From NCBI GenBank assembly GCA_000995065.1, contig LBWX01000004.1, positions 14,431 through 78,430 on the forward strand: a stretch of DNA of 64,000 nucleotides, written 5' to 3'. The position numbers were made by a program, and so were the translations under genes. Below the pieces are notes generated by a model, which did not search any database, was not told the origin of the DNA, and saw nothing but the letters and a program-made list of their open reading frames with translations. Position 1 is the first letter of the stretch. Each line of letters starts with the position of its first letter. Below are positions 41,670 to 52,175 of this stretch, in pieces. The stretch is from a candidate division CPR2 bacterium GW2011_GWC2_39_35 (GTDB taxonomy: Bacteria > Patescibacteriota > CPR2).

Positions 41670-42037
41670 TACAGGACCTCCGGCGCAAGAGAAATAATTT
41701 TATTATAGCCCTTTTCTCTAAGCTCTCTTGCTACTGGGCCAAAAATACGGGTTCCTTTTGGATTACCGTCTTTATTTATAACAACACACGCATTCTCATC
41801 AAATCTGATTGTGGAACCATCCGCACGCTTATGTTCTTTTACGGTTCTTACAATTACGCATCTTACAACTTCTTTTTTCTTTACTGCTCCACCAGGCATG
41901 GCGCTCTTTACAGCACCTACAATAAGTTCGCCGATATCAGCTGTTCTCTTACGGGTACCGCCAAGAACACGAATGCATTGTATCTGTTTCGCTCCGGTAT
42001 TGTCGGCAACTTTTAACATTGTTCTTTCTTGTATCAT
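41669..42037 (-). CDS. rplN: 50S ribosomal protein L14 (start trimmed to [17 protein letters not shown])
   Basis: L14 N-terminus (MIQ..LKVADN.GAK); the ORF-track N-terminal extension overlaps rpsQ and is unlikely to be real. Confidence 0.85.
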   Translation of the reverse strand: MIQERTMLKVADNTGAKQIQCIRVLGGTRKRTADIGELIVGAVKSAMPGGAVKKKEVVRCVIVRTVKEHKRADGSTIRFDENACVVINKDGNPKGTRIFGPVARELREKGYNKIISLAPEVL

Positions 42038-42038
42038 C

Positions 42039-42317
42039 TTATTCTCCTTGGGTTGGCTCCACTGCCACCTGGTCGAAGTGAGCCCCTTTGACAACATTCG
42101 TTAAGACCCATTTCTTATCCTTAGAAATTGGCTTGGTTTCCTCAAACTCTACTAAATCTCCTGGCTTTAAAATATTTTCAGCATCGTGAATCTTAAAGTT
42201 TTTAGAAACCTTAAATCTTTTTTTATAAATCGGGTGAGTTTTAAGTCTATCAACTCTCACTACCGCAGTTTTATCCATTTTATTTGAAACGACTACACCT
42301 TTAAACTTGCGTGCCAT
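42039..42317 (-). CDS. rpsQ: 30S ribosomal protein S17
   Basis: [45 protein letters not shown]... Confidence 0.9.
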   Translation of the reverse strand: MARKFKGVVVSNKMDKTAVVRVDRLKTHPIYKKRFKVSKNFKIHDAENILKPGDLVEFEETKPISKDKKWVLTNVVKGAHFDQVAVEPTQGE

Positions 42318-42318
42318 T

Positions 42319-42537
42319 TTACTTCTCCTCTTCTAAAGATTTGGCGATATCTCGCTCTTTTTTTAAAGTTAGAATTCTGGCGATATCTTTTTTTACGTTT
42401 TTTATGGCTTTTACATTCTTTATTTCTCTTGCTACCATGCCAAACCTAAAATCCCTTAAATTCTTGTAAAGATCATTTAGCTCTTTATCTAACTGCTTAT
42501 CATTTTTTTGAATTAACTCTTTATACTTCATATTCAA
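42319..42537 (-). CDS. rpmC: 50S ribosomal protein L29
   Basis: 72-aa helical protein in the expected position between L16 and S17. Confidence 0.8.
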   Translation of the reverse strand: MNMKYKELIQKNDKQLDKELNDLYKNLRDFRFGMVAREIKNVKAIKNVKKDIARILTLKKERDIAKSLEEEK

Positions 42538-42947
42538 GCCTCGTCTTTTGAAATAAATTTGGTCTTAATAGGAAGCTTGTGAGCTGCAAGCCTTAGTGCC
42601 TCTTTGGCTACTTCTTTTGGAACACCATCCATCTCAAAAAGAATTCTTCCTGGTCTCACTATGGTTACAAAATGATCCTGTGCTCCTTTTCCGCCTCCCA
42701 TTCTTACTTCTTGAGGTTTTTTAGTGATTGGCTTCTGAGGAAAAACTCTAATCCAAATCTTTCCGCCTCTTTTTATATATCTGGTCATAGCTCGTCTGGC
42801 AGCTTCGATTTGTCTGGAATTTAACCAAATTGGCTCTAGAGCTTTAAGACCGTATTGGCCAAAGTTAAGCTCTAAGCCCCTGGTTTCTTCACCAGAAACG
42901 GCTATTTTATGGCTCTTTCTGAATTTTGTTTTCCGTGGCATTAACAT
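42534..42947 (-). CDS. rplP: 50S ribosomal protein L16
   Basis: [24 protein letters not shown]... Confidence 0.9.
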   Translation of the reverse strand: MLMPRKTKFRKSHKIAVSGEETRGLELNFGQYGLKALEPIWLNSRQIEAARRAMTRYIKRGGKIWIRVFPQKPITKKPQEVRMGGGKGAQDHFVTIVRPGRILFEMDGVPKEVAKEALRLAAHKLPIKTKFISKDEA

Positions 42948-42949
42948 CT

Positions 42950-43573
42950 CTAAAGATCTCCTTTATATATCCAAACCTTTACTCCAATAATTCCGTATGT
43001 TGTTTTAGCTTTAGATAAAGCATAGTCAACATCAGCTTTAATCGTTTGTAGAGGAATTTTACCCTGAGATTTAGTATCGGATCTAGCGATATCAACCCCG
43101 CCAAGTCTTCCAGCAACTGTAACCTTAATTCCTTTTGCTCCGGCCTTCATGGTTCTGTCTATTGCCTGCTTGGTTGCTCTCTTAAAAGCAATTCTTCTTT
43201 CAAGCTGTCCGGCAATATTATCGGCTACTAGCTTTGCAAAAAGCTCTGGGCTTCTGATTTCTTCGATATTCACTTTAATAGGAGTCTTAACGATTTTGGA
43301 AACGGCTTTTTTAAGCTCTTCTATTCCAACTCCGCCTCGTCCGATAATAACGCCTGGCTTTGAGGAATGGATTGCAACAGTAATTAGGCTCGGACTTCTT
43401 TCGATATCAACTCTTGCTATACCGCCCCTAACGCCGTATTTATCCATAATAAATCCTCTGATCTTGATGTCTTCGTGCAAGAACTTAGTATAATCTTTGG
43501 TCACAAACCATCTTGATTGCCAATTCCTAGTTAGCTGTAACCTGAAACTTGTTGGATTAACTTTCTGTCCCAT
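42950..43573 (-). CDS. rpsC: 30S ribosomal protein S3
   Basis: [23 protein letters not shown]... KH domain. Confidence 0.9.
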   Translation of the reverse strand: MGQKVNPTSFRLQLTRNWQSRWFVTKDYTKFLHEDIKIRGFIMDKYGVRGGIARVDIERSPSLITVAIHSSKPGVIIGRGGVGIEELKKAVSKIVKTPIKVNIEEIRSPELFAKLVADNIAGQLERRIAFKRATKQAIDRTMKAGAKGIKVTVAGRLGGVDIARSDTKSQGKIPLQTIKADVDYALSKAKTTYGIIGVKVWIYKGDL

Positions 43574-44012
43574 TTTTCTCCTTTTCCTCGGCTTCGCTGA
43601 GGTCGCTACTGGAAGCGAGCGAAGTCGATGGGTTTGCTCTGGCTATCTTTGCCTTGGCAAGATTACCTTCTGACTTTGGTTTTTCTGATTCTAGAGCGAC
43701 TGTAATATGGCTGGTTCTTTTCTTAATCTCATAAGCCATACCTCTGGCCCTTGGCTGAAATCTCTTTAAAGTCGGGCCTTCGTCTGCTCTGATTTCTGAT
43801 ATAACTAAATCTTTTTTCCTTAAATTAAAATTGTGCTCCGCATTGGCAACAGCTGATTTTATTGCTTTTGCTATCGGCTTTGCGGCGCCTTTTGACGTAA
43901 ATTTTAAGATTGCCAAAGCATCTTCAGCTTTCTTGCCTCTTACCAAATCGACGACTAAACGCATTTTTCTGGGTGATATTCTAATGTATTTTGCTGTTGC
44001 TACGACTTTCAT
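43557..44012 (-). CDS. rplV: 50S ribosomal protein L22 with Ser/Glu-rich C-terminal extension
   Basis: [39 protein letters not shown]... Confidence 0.9.
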   Translation of the reverse strand: MKVVATAKYIRISPRKMRLVVDLVRGKKAEDALAILKFTSKGAAKPIAKAIKSAVANAEHNFNLRKKDLVISEIRADEGPTLKRFQPRARGMAYEIKKRTSHITVALESEKPKSEGNLAKAKIARANPSTSLASSSDLSEAEEKEKNGTES

Positions 44013-44015
44013 GTT

Positions 44016-44300
44016 TTATCTCCCTTTGGCCTGAGTTTTAGCCATCTTTCCGCCGTGACTTCTAAATTTTCTAGTTGGCGCAAATTCACCTAACTTATGA
44101 CCAACCATATTTTCTGTAACATATACCGGTAGATGTTCTTTGCCATTGTGAACAGCAATAGTGTAACCTACCATTTCCGGAGAAATAGTAGAGCTTCTTG
44201 CCCAAGTCTTAATAACTTTTTTGTCTGTTGGACCTTGGGCCGTAATCTTTTTTAATAATTTTTCGTCTACGTATGGACCTTTTTTAAGCGATCTTGCCAT
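44016..44300 (-). CDS. rpsS: 30S ribosomal protein S19
   Basis: [19 protein letters not shown]...[17 protein letters not shown]. Confidence 0.9.
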   Translation of the reverse strand: MARSLKKGPYVDEKLLKKITAQGPTDKKVIKTWARSSTISPEMVGYTIAVHNGKEHLPVYVTENMVGHKLGEFAPTRKFRSHGGKMAKTQAKGR

Positions 44301-44304
44301 TTAC

Positions 44305-45123
44305 TTACCTCTTTTTCTTCCTAGATCTAATAACCATAGGAGCAGGTTTTCTCCTGGTCTTATGTCCTAATGCAGGAGCTCCCCATGGAGTTTTTGGGTG
44401 AATGAGACCGATATCGGTTCCGCCTTCACCGCCACCATGCGGATGATCTACTGGGTTCATCGCTTTACCTCTAACGGTAGGTCGAATTCCCATCCATCGT
44501 TTTCTTCCTGCTTTACCAATTTTTATAATGTTATGTTCTGGATTAGATACGTTGCCAATCGATGCCCAAGAATTTTCGTTTATTTTTCGAATTTCGCCAG
44601 ATGGAAGCCTTAGATGAACAAAGCCTTCTTCTCTACCCACAATCTGGGCTGAAGCACCGGCGGATCTTACTAACTGAGCTCCTCTGCCTGGATACATTTC
44701 GACATTAAATACTTGGGTGCCAATTGGAATTTTCTTAATGGACATTCGATTTCCGGTTCTTGGTTCTGCCTCGTCGCCGAATTCTAGTTTCTGGCCAACC
44801 TTTAAACCCTGAGGTGCAACCATATAGCCTTTACCGCCATCAAAACTGATTAGGGCAATTCTTGCTGATCGGTTTGGATCATACTCGATAGCTGTAACTT
44901 CTGCTTCTTTATATCCAAATTGCTTAAAATCAATAAGCCTATACATTCTTTTAGCGCCGCCGCCTCTGTGTCTAATTGTAATCTTTCCGAGAGATCGGCC
45001 AGCATTCTTTTTTAAAGGCATCAAAAGAGACTTTTCCGGACTCTTCTTGGTGATATCCGTAAAAGTATCAACTGTCATTCCTCTTCTTGCATTTGATGTT
45101 GGCTTTACTTTCTTTACTGGCAT
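44305..45123 (-). CDS. rplB: 50S ribosomal protein L2
   Basis: 272 aa; conserved ...HPHGGGEGGTDIG... near the C-terminus. Confidence 0.95.
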   Translation of the reverse strand: MPVKKVKPTSNARRGMTVDTFTDITKKSPEKSLLMPLKKNAGRSLGKITIRHRGGGAKRMYRLIDFKQFGYKEAEVTAIEYDPNRSARIALISFDGGKGYMVAPQGLKVGQKLEFGDEAEPRTGNRMSIKKIPIGTQVFNVEMYPGRGAQLVRSAGASAQIVGREEGFVHLRLPSGEIRKINENSWASIGNVSNPEHNIIKIGKAGRKRWMGIRPTVRGKAMNPVDHPHGGGEGGTDIGLIHPKTPWGAPALGHKTRRKPAPMVIRSRKKKR

Positions 45124-45126
45124 GAC

Positions 45127-45414
45127 TTATCCTTTCATAATCTCGATTTTATCGCCTTCTTTTAAGGTAACAATGGCCTTTTTCCAGTCCGCCATTTTAC
45201 CCATCTTGCCTTTTCGACCAAATCTTCTCGTTTTTCCTTTTACAACAATCATATTCACATCTGTAACTTTAACTTTAAATAGCTTTTCAATAGCGTCTTT
45301 TACCTCGATTTTATTGGTGCTTGTTGCGACCTTAAAAGTGTAGACTCCATTTTCGGCCTGGATAATTGATTTTTCAGAAATTACCGGTTGTTTTACAATC
45401 GTATTCTTATCCAT
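45127..45414 (-). CDS. rplW: 50S ribosomal protein L23
   Basis: 95 aa; typical L23 (..PVISEKS.. ..KVNMIVVKGKTRRFGRK..). Confidence 0.85.
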   Translation of the reverse strand: MDKNTIVKQPVISEKSIIQAENGVYTFKVATSTNKIEVKDAIEKLFKVKVTDVNMIVVKGKTRRFGRKGKMGKMADWKKAIVTLKEGDKIEIMKG

Positions 45415-45415
45415 C

Positions 45416-46039
45416 TTATTTAGCTAACCTTTCCATCTTATCTTCGGCGCCGTTAGCCAAGATGATCGTATCGGCTAACATGACCTCTAAAGTATTAAGA
45501 TTATTCGCAACTTCGATTTTTAAATTAGGAATATTTTTTCCAGCTTTAAAAATGATCTCATTGGCTTCTGGTAAAACTAGTAAAATTTTGCCAGCTACCT
45601 TTAACTTATTTAAAACTTCGGCTAAATCTTTAGTCTTTGGCTTCTCTTGGTTTAAATCTTTTAAAACTACAATTTGACCGTCTTTTGCCTTAGCAGATAA
45701 AGCATTTAAGAGGGCTGCAGCGCCTTTTTTGGCCGGAATGTTTTTGTACCAATTTTGCTCTCCTGTTGGACCAAAGACAGTACCACCGCCACGCCAAATC
45801 GGATTTCTTATAGAGCCTGTTCTTGCCCTACCGGTGCCTTTTTGTTTCCATGGCTTTCGGCCACCGCCAGAAATCTCGCCTCTTTCTTTGGTTTTGGCAG
45901 TTCCCTGACGAAGGTTGGATTGTAACAAAATTACGACTTCCGAAAGAAGTGCCTTATTTACATCTAATCCAAAAACTTTATCGTTTAATTTCTGATCTTC
46001 TTTTTTGGTGCCTTTTGTATCGTAAACTGCTACTTTCAT
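45416..46039 (-). CDS. rplD: 50S ribosomal protein L4
   Basis: 207 aa; ..GGGRKPWKQKGTGRARTGSIRNPIWRGGG.. Confidence 0.9.
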   Translation of the reverse strand: MKVAVYDTKGTKKEDQKLNDKVFGLDVNKALLSEVVILLQSNLRQGTAKTKERGEISGGGRKPWKQKGTGRARTGSIRNPIWRGGGTVFGPTGEQNWYKNIPAKKGAAALLNALSAKAKDGQIVVLKDLNQEKPKTKDLAEVLNKLKVAGKILLVLPEANEIIFKAGKNIPNLKIEVANNLNTLEVMLADTIILANGAEDKMERLAK

Positions 46040-46040
46040 C

Positions 46041-46667
46041 TTAACCCCTTATTACAATCACACCTTTAGCCGGGCCAGGAACAGCGCCTCTTACTGCTAA
46101 AAGATTATTTTCTTTATCAACTGATACTATTTTTAAATTTTTAACGGTTACCTGATTGCTTCCCATTCTTCCCGGAAGCTTTGTTCCTTTAAACACGTGT
46201 TGTGGGAACATCGAGCCGATTGAACCCGGTTCCCTATAATGATGTGAACCGTGAGACATCGGGCCTCTCTTAAATCCGTGTCTTTTAATTACACCGGCAA
46301 AGCCTTTACCTTTGGAAATTCCTTGAACTACGATCTTATCACCGGGCTTAAAGATATCAACTGAAATTTTGTCCCCTACTTTTACTTCCTTAGGTTCAGC
46401 GCCTTCTTCAACTTCGATGCTTATCTCGGTTACTTCCCTTAAATATCTCGAGTTAGACTTAGAAGGTTTTAGATGTCCGGCTTGCGGTTTTTTCTGCTTT
46501 TTAGCTTCGCCTAGACCTAGCTGGATAGCATTGTAACCGTCTTTTTCGGCGGTTTTAATTTGCGTAACCACATTTGGAGTTGCCTGAACAACAGTAACAG
46601 GAACTACGTTCCCGTTCTCATCAAATACTCTCGTCATTCCGATTTTTCTCGCTAATATTGCTTTCAT
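46041..46667 (-). CDS. rplC: 50S ribosomal protein L3
   Basis: MKAILARKIGMTRVFDENGNVVPVTVVQATPNVV... Confidence 0.9.
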   Translation of the reverse strand: MKAILARKIGMTRVFDENGNVVPVTVVQATPNVVTQIKTAEKDGYNAIQLGLGEAKKQKKPQAGHLKPSKSNSRYLREVTEISIEVEEGAEPKEVKVGDKISVDIFKPGDKIVVQGISKGKGFAGVIKRHGFKRGPMSHGSHHYREPGSIGSMFPQHVFKGTKLPGRMGSNQVTVKNLKIVSVDKENNLLAVRGAVPGPAKGVIVIRG

Positions 46668-47055
46668 ATTTTCCTTTTATCTTCCCTCGCCCGAAGTTCG
46701 AGGAATGATTTCGAACAAAGCGACATCCGTTACTTTACAAAAAAAACTATTTGGACAGTTAGGCAGTTTCCCATTCGGGACTATCCCAACTCTCCACTCG
46801 ATTTTTGTATAATTCCTTTTTCCCTAAATAATCTCAGGGACAATTTTTAAATGAATGTTGACTTAAAAAGTATATATATAAACTCTAAATTTGTCAAGAA
46901 GAAAATGCCATTGGCTAATAGGCTAATTGGCTTATGGACTAACGGGTATCAAAACCTGAAATTTATACATTAAATGACATAATTCTCACGATCGTAGTCA
47001 TTCCGTCATCTTGGGATACCAGTTATGTTATTGTGATTATAAAGAAATAGCATGC

Positions 47056-47108
47056 TTCTTAAAAACATGAGGATGGAAGCAACCGGGGCAAGAAGCCGCC
47101 ATCCTCAT
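47056..47108 (-). terminator. rho-independent terminator after ORF 47122..47517
   Basis: 10-bp stem atgaggatgg/ccatcctcat followed (on the minus strand) by GTTTTTAAG. Confidence 0.5.
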
Positions 47109-47121
47109 AAAGACACTGATT

Positions 47122-47517
47122 CTAGATTGCTACGTACTCGATTTCCGATCGAGTTAAATCCCTTAGAAGCTTTTCGCGGTCTATCGTCTTAAACAAGACG
47201 ATCATACGACTCCAACCTGGTTGTTTTCGCATCGCCTTTTCTAAAGCCTCATCTCTACGAGGGTTATTACTCTCACCATAAGCACCTTGTAGCAACCTCT
47301 TCATAACATCGGCAGTCTTATTGTCCTTGATGTAGAAATTTATAAAAGACTCTTTTCTACCGATATCAAGGTAATCCACTACAACATCATAGTTTTCAGT
47401 TGATTTGACCTTTACTTCACTCGACACTTCTTCGCCTGGTCTTACAATGATAATCTTAATCCTTTCCATAACAATTACTACCTCCGCTTCCTGATCTGGA
47501 CCCCAATTTATTGTCAA
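47122..47517 (-). CDS. hypothetical small soluble protein, possibly PII-like fold (inserted between rpsJ and rplC)
   Basis: 131 aa; alternating beta/alpha pattern; weak resemblance to PII/DarA-type proteins (..FYIKDNKTADVMKRLLQGAYG.., ..RMIVLFKTIDREKLL..); not a confident family call. Confidence 0.3.
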   Translation of the reverse strand: MTINWGPDQEAEVVIVMERIKIIIVRPGEEVSSEVKVKSTENYDVVVDYLDIGRKESFINFYIKDNKTADVMKRLLQGAYGESNNPRRDEALEKAMRKQPGWSRMIVLFKTIDREKLLRDLTRSEIEYVAI

Positions 47518-47704
47518 TCTTGCAACTGCATATTCTATGTGAACTTAGGGTAAAAGTCAATTGAAAGTTTTTAATGCGCAAAAAAGCAACCATTTGACCT
47601 AAAACAGCTCCTTATGATTTAATATAAGTATAGTTAATAATGATTGGCCAGAAGCTTGCTAGTTGATAACCAAGCATATGGCCAACTAATAAAAAGGAGA
47701 GAAA

Positions 47705-48115
47705 ATGTCAGTAGAAATGAATAATGACGGAGCAGCTCCAGTAGCTACCGAATCAAAGCCAGAAGCGAAAGCAATGCCGGAAGAATTAAAAAAGTTTAAC
47801 TGGGGCGCATTCCTCTTAACCTGGATCTGGGGTATTGGCCATAGCGTTTGGCTTGCTCTTGCCGGATTAGTTCTTATCTTTATTCCTGTAATTGGATTTT
47901 TGGGAAGTATTGCTTTTGCAGTCTATCTAGGAGTAAAAGGCAATGAACTTGCTTGGAAGACCGGAAAATATACCGACGTAGAGGCTTACCTAGCTCTAGA
48001 GAAAAAATGGATGATTGCCGGACTTGTCGTAGTTGCTCTTGGCTTTGTTCTAGCTTTCATGATGGGCGCTGCAATTGTTTCTATGATCACCGGTGGCATG
48101 CTAAACGGCAGCTAA
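47705..48115 (+). CDS. hypothetical small membrane protein (3-4 TM), plus strand inside the ribosomal super-operon
   Basis: 136 aa; good RBS (aaaggagagaaaATG); hydrophobic helices; followed by a terminator. Confidence 0.5.
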   Translation: MSVEMNNDGAAPVATESKPEAKAMPEELKKFNWGAFLLTWIWGIGHSVWLALAGLVLIFIPVIGFLGSIAFAVYLGVKGNELAWKTGKYTDVEAYLALEKKWMIAGLVVVALGFVLAFMMGAAIVSMITGGMLNGS

Positions 48116-48132
48116 GTAATAAATAGTTTACT

Positions 48133-48162
48133 AAAAAGCGGGCCCAAAGACCCGCTTTTTTA
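48133..48162. terminator. rho-independent terminator after ORF 47705..48115
   Basis: aaaaagcgggcccaaagacccgcttttttat. Confidence 0.6.
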
Positions 48163-48555
48163 TTTGTCTAAAATAATAGAGGCAAAAGGTTGAGCTTGTT
48201 TTAAATTTACTTACTCAAGATTTGCCTCCATCATCTTCTCTAGAATATCTTTTAGCTTTTTGCTATTCGCTAAATGTTCAACTGCTCTTCTGAATCTAAA
48301 CCTGACATCCTTAATACCATTGGCAACAATATCTATGTTGCTAATAGATAGCGATTCTGTCTCTATTGTTTCTTTTCTTTCTGCCCTTTATCTTTCCCTT
48401 TGCAATTACTCCGATTGGATATCTTTTTCTGCTTAAATTCAGGTATACTTAATAGCCCAATAGTTGTCGTCTTCGCTCTAATAATAAGCGTTTAGACGTT
48501 TGAAATTTGATGATTGATTATCTATTTAAAATTTGAAATTCATAATTGAAAATTC

Positions 48556-48591
48556 AAAAACCGCCCTTTAATTAGCTCTGGGCGGTTTTTG
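48556..48591 (-). terminator. rho-independent terminator immediately after rpsJ
   Basis: aaaaaccgccctttaattagctctgggcggtttttg: stem ccgccc/gggcgg plus T-run on the minus strand. Confidence 0.55.
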
Positions 48592-48599
48592 TTATAAGT

Positions 48600-48935
48600 T
48601 TACATTTTAATTTCGATGTCTACACCTGCTGGCAGGTTTAGATTCATCAAGGAATCGATAGTTTTTGGAGCAGGATCTAGAATGTCGATTAGTCTTTTAT
48701 GAGTTTTCATCTCAAACTGCTCGCGAGAGTTTTTGTCGATATGTGGAGAGCGGATAACTGTTACCACGCTTCTTTGAGTTGGCAATGGTACCGGACCTGC
48801 AATAATAGCGCCGGTTCGCTCTGCAGTTTCGATGATCTGCTTTGCAGATTCATCAATAATCTTATGATCATAAGCCTTAAGACGAATTCGAATTCTCTGT
48901 TTTGTCTTTTCAGTTGGTTTTGCTTGGGCTGTCAA
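48600..48935 (-). CDS. rpsJ: 30S ribosomal protein S10
   Basis: ...[41 protein letters not shown]... Confidence 0.9.
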   Translation of the reverse strand: MTAQAKPTEKTKQRIRIRLKAYDHKIIDESAKQIIETAERTGAIIAGPVPLPTQRSVVTVIRSPHIDKNSREQFEMKTHKRLIDILDPAPKTIDSLMNLNLPAGVDIEIKM

Positions 48936-48958
48936 AGTACTGCTCCTTCTTCCTATTC

Positions 48959-50140
48959 TTACTTAATGACCTTAATTACTACTCCAGAGCCAACGGTTCG
49001 GCCACCTTCCCTGATAGCGAATCTCATTCCGTCTTCCATAGCAATTGGGGCTATAAGTTTAACTTTCATTTTGATATTATCGCCAGGCATAACCATTTCT
49101 ACGCCGTCTGGTAGTGTAACTTCACCAGTTACGTCGGTAGTTCGGATATAGAACTGTGGTTTATACCCTTTAAAGAATGGGGTGTGTCGTCCACCTTCCT
49201 CTTTGGTTAAGATATATACTTCGCCTTCAAATTCAGTATGAGGAGTAATTGAACCCGGCTTAATGGCCACCTGACCTCTTTCGATATCGTCTTTTTCGAT
49301 ACCTCTAAGAAGTAAACCAACATTGTCTCCAGCTACGCCTTCGTCAAGCAGTTTTCTAAACATCTCCACGCCGGTTACAACAGTCTTCCTTGTTGGGTGA
49401 ATACCAACGATTTCAACTTCTTCGTTAACCTTAACTTTTCCTCTTTCAATTCTACCGGTAGCAACTGTGCCTCTTCCCTTAATAGAGAAAACGTCTTCAA
49501 CTGCCATTAAGAATGGTTTGTCGATATCTCTTTTTGGTTCTGGGATGTATGAGTCAAGGGCATCCATCAGTTCATCAATAGTCTTGGTGTAATTTGCATC
49601 ACCTTCTAAGGCTTTAAGGGCAGAACCTCTAATGATTGGAACGTCGTCGCCAGGAAATTCATATTTAGAAAGAAGTTCTCTGATTTCCATTTCAACAAGA
49701 TCCAAGAGCTCTGGATCGTCAACCATATCAACTTTGTTCATATAAACAACGATGTATGGAACGCCAACGTTCTTTGCAAGTAGAATGTGTTCTCTAGTTT
49801 GTGGCATTGGTCCGTCAGCAGCGGATACTACTAGAATAGCGCCGTCCATCTGAGCCGCACCAGTAATCATGTTTTTAACGTAGTCGGCGTGACCAGGACA
49901 GTCGATGTGAGCATAGTGTCTTTTTTCGGTTTCATACTCCTGGTGGGAAGTAGCGATGGTAATTCCTCGCTCTCTTTCTTCCGGAGCATTGTCGATGTCT
50001 GCAAATGCTCGAGCCTGCGCCATGCCTTTTTTAGACAACACGTTAGTAATAGCAGCAGTCAAAGTGGTTTTACCGTGGTCAACGTGGCCAATGGTACCCA
50101 CATTGACGTGCGGTTTTGTTCTTTCAAATTTTTCAGCCAT
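48959..50140 (-). CDS. tuf: elongation factor Tu
   Basis: 393 aa; [22 protein letters not shown] motifs. Confidence 0.97.
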   Translation of the reverse strand: MAEKFERTKPHVNVGTIGHVDHGKTTLTAAITNVLSKKGMAQARAFADIDNAPEERERGITIATSHQEYETEKRHYAHIDCPGHADYVKNMITGAAQMDGAILVVSAADGPMPQTREHILLAKNVGVPYIVVYMNKVDMVDDPELLDLVEMEIRELLSKYEFPGDDVPIIRGSALKALEGDANYTKTIDELMDALDSYIPEPKRDIDKPFLMAVEDVFSIKGRGTVATGRIERGKVKVNEEVEIVGIHPTRKTVVTGVEMFRKLLDEGVAGDNVGLLLRGIEKDDIERGQVAIKPGSITPHTEFEGEVYILTKEEGGRHTPFFKGYKPQFYIRTTDVTGEVTLPDGVEMVMPGDNIKMKVKLIAPIAMEDGMRFAIREGGRTVGSGVVIKVIK

Positions 50141-50500
50141 ATTTTCCTTTCCTATTTGGATTAGCCTGCCTACAGGCAGATTTTTTATTTCGCCCGATCA
50201 TACGACCCGCATGGGAGGGCGATCCGCCCTGGGCGGAAAATTAAATTTAAATTAGTCTACAAAATAATCTGTGGACGAATTGCTTCTCCCACTACTTGAA
50301 AAAGTATACATAACTTGAGGGTTTTTTGCAAGTATTTTTTCTTAGCAATCAAACGAATCTATTCCCTCGCTATCCTCTAAACGTAAAGAAAGTGCATTTA
50401 TCCCTTTACACAAGGGATAAGAAATGTTATAATTATTGGCTGTCAAAAGACAGGAACCTTCACATGCTGGCACCGGTTGTCAGCCCAGAGATGAAAGGAA

Positions 50501-51196
50501 GTGGTAGAAATGGGGATCAAGAATACATTGGAATGGGGCAGGTATAATAGACTTGCCAAAGATCTCTCGGATCACGACCAAGAACCGAGAATCAAGCGAT
50601 CTTTGTACCGAGAGCTTGGCACAACTGATTCAGACATCGAAGTAACACCTGAGCTCTGCGAGCTCATTATCGAGAGTCTGAATCCTAACGACCACGAAAC
50701 CGTCATTGTCGAGGCACAAAAAGCAATTGGACGGTGTTCGAAAAAGCTGTGCAAAGAGTACAAGCCATGGGAGTTATTCCCGATCATCGATTACATCCAC
50801 AGCTACAGAATAGCGCGGCCGGCGCGAGAGTACTTTCCGGCAAACATGTTTTTCTACATAACAAAAGTGAATTGGCCAAAGGAATTTCTAGCGGAGCAAA
50901 TCATGGGACAAAACCATGTCGTCGAAGGAGCAGCTACCATTGCCTGTAGTCTGGGCCAAGCCAAAGATATCGACACTAAAAGTCTATCTGCTAAAAATTG
51001 CAAAAGCGTCAAAAAGGGTATAGAGGATGCGTTTTGCTCTTCTTATATCTTTGGACTACCTTACGGATTAGGCAACCCTAAGTCCATCGACGAGCTCATG
51101 TACGACCATGAAGATAATGCCGTGAGAAATGCCGCATACGCCTACCGAGAGGCAGACTACAGACACAATCAGAAAATCAAGCGCAAGGTTTCATAA
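50501..51196 (+). CDS. hypothetical protein in a GC-rich insertion between tuf and fusA (possible alpha-helical repeat protein)
   Basis: 231-aa ORF; local GC is clearly above that of the flanking ribosomal genes (e.g. gcgcggccggcgcgagag); followed by a strong terminator; no recognisable family. Confidence 0.4.
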   Translation: MVEMGIKNTLEWGRYNRLAKDLSDHDQEPRIKRSLYRELGTTDSDIEVTPELCELIIESLNPNDHETVIVEAQKAIGRCSKKLCKEYKPWELFPIIDYIHSYRIARPAREYFPANMFFYITKVNWPKEFLAEQIMGQNHVVEGAATIACSLGQAKDIDTKSLSAKNCKSVKKGIEDAFCSSYIFGLPYGLGNPKSIDELMYDHEDNAVRNAAYAYREADYRHNQKIKRKVS

Positions 51197-51227
51197 CCTC
51201 CTTTCTGCACGTAAGTTTCGAAGGCTT

Positions 51228-51269
51228 CGGCCTCAGATGTCTTTTGTCTGAGGCCGATTCTATTTTTTT
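51228..51269 (+). terminator. rho-independent terminator after ORF 50501..51196
   Basis: ggcctcagatgtcttttgtctgaggcc + gattctattttttt. Confidence 0.65.
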
Positions 51270-51589
51270 AAACATTTACTCGCCCAAATAAAAGGATCAC
51301 ATTCTTTTTAATAAACATTTAAAAAGGACAAGTTGCTTGTCCTTTTTAAAAATACCCCCCTTAATACATTTGGTAGATTGGCTATATTATCTACCTATTT
51401 AGAGCGAGAATCAGCACCTATTAATACAAATCACCAAGCGGTTGAAGAGTTAGTTTTGGAATAATGCACAAAAGGTTCAGTATCTAGTATTTTGTATCTG
51501 GTATTTAGTATAAAAAAAGACCTCTTGGTCTCTGTTTTGGTCTAAAACGAGTGAAGCCGGTGTAGTGTAGAAGATTGTTTTTTATGCGC

Positions 51590-51840
51590 TTTGCGCCAAC
51601 CTCAGCACCGATCACCGGCCTCGAAAATATTTGGAAAGAGTCTTCCTCTTGAAGCACATCCCTGCTCATCGACCCTCAATACTGGCACTAGCGCCAAAAA
51701 GTGGGGTCGCACGAGGCGGAAAGGGCCAAAGGCATTAGTTTCCCTGGTCTTGTGCGACCATGCCAAGCGATCCGCCATCAAAGCACCTCATCATGCCACC
51801 TTCAGCACTTTGATTAAAATCAGCGCACTCTTTCCAAAAA
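51590..51840. other. GC-rich non-coding block; candidate structured RNA or decayed foreign DNA
   Basis: About 250 nt with much higher GC than surrounding intergenic DNA; internal complementarity (ggtcgcac...gtgcgacc); the only ORF here (86 aa) has non-protein-like composition. Confidence 0.25.
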
Positions 51841-52002
51841 CTGTTTATTAAACAACAATTTATGTTTGAAAGTATATCATATTTTTCATTTTTGTCAATA
51901 GTTTTCTAGATAATTGATTGTTTATTTAAAAATTTTGGCTTTTTGTAGGCATTTTTCCCCAAAAAGGGTCGCACCCTCGGAAGAGAGCGACCCTTTAATA
52001 CT

Positions 52003-52072
52003 AGATTCCCGCCTTCGCGGGAATGACGAAGAAAGAGGATGAGATTGCTTTGTCGCAAAGCCTCCTTAGAGT
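52003..52072. repeat. related palindromic element (cccgccttcgcgggaatgacgaag...gatgagattgctttgtcgcaaagcctcc)
   Basis: Shares gatgagattgctt.gtc.caaagcctcc with the 8959..9046 copy. Confidence 0.4.
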
Positions 52073-52074
52073 GA

Positions 52075-52110
52075 CCCCTCACCCCAACCCTCTAGCCTCA
52101 AGGGAGAGAG
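52075..52110. repeat. same GC-rich palindromic element, copy C (opposite orientation)
   Basis: cccctcaccccaaccctctagcctcaagggagagagaat just 3' of fusA. Confidence 0.5.
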
Positions 52111-52175
52111 AATAAAAAAAGCCCCATCACTGAGGCTTTTTTGTTTATTGTTCGATTGTTTATTGCTTATTAATT

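Noticed and set aside
48230-48370. Minus-strand ~50-aa reading frame (..IKDVRFRFRRAVEHLANSKKLKDILEKMMEANLE*) downstream of ORF 47705..48115
   Set aside because: No start codon and no recognisable family. It may be a gene remnant but I cannot support it as a feature.
51591-51851. 86-aa ORF in the GC-rich block
   Set aside because: Pro/Arg/Ser/His-rich low-complexity translation with no start context. Its signal is better explained as non-coding GC-rich sequence.
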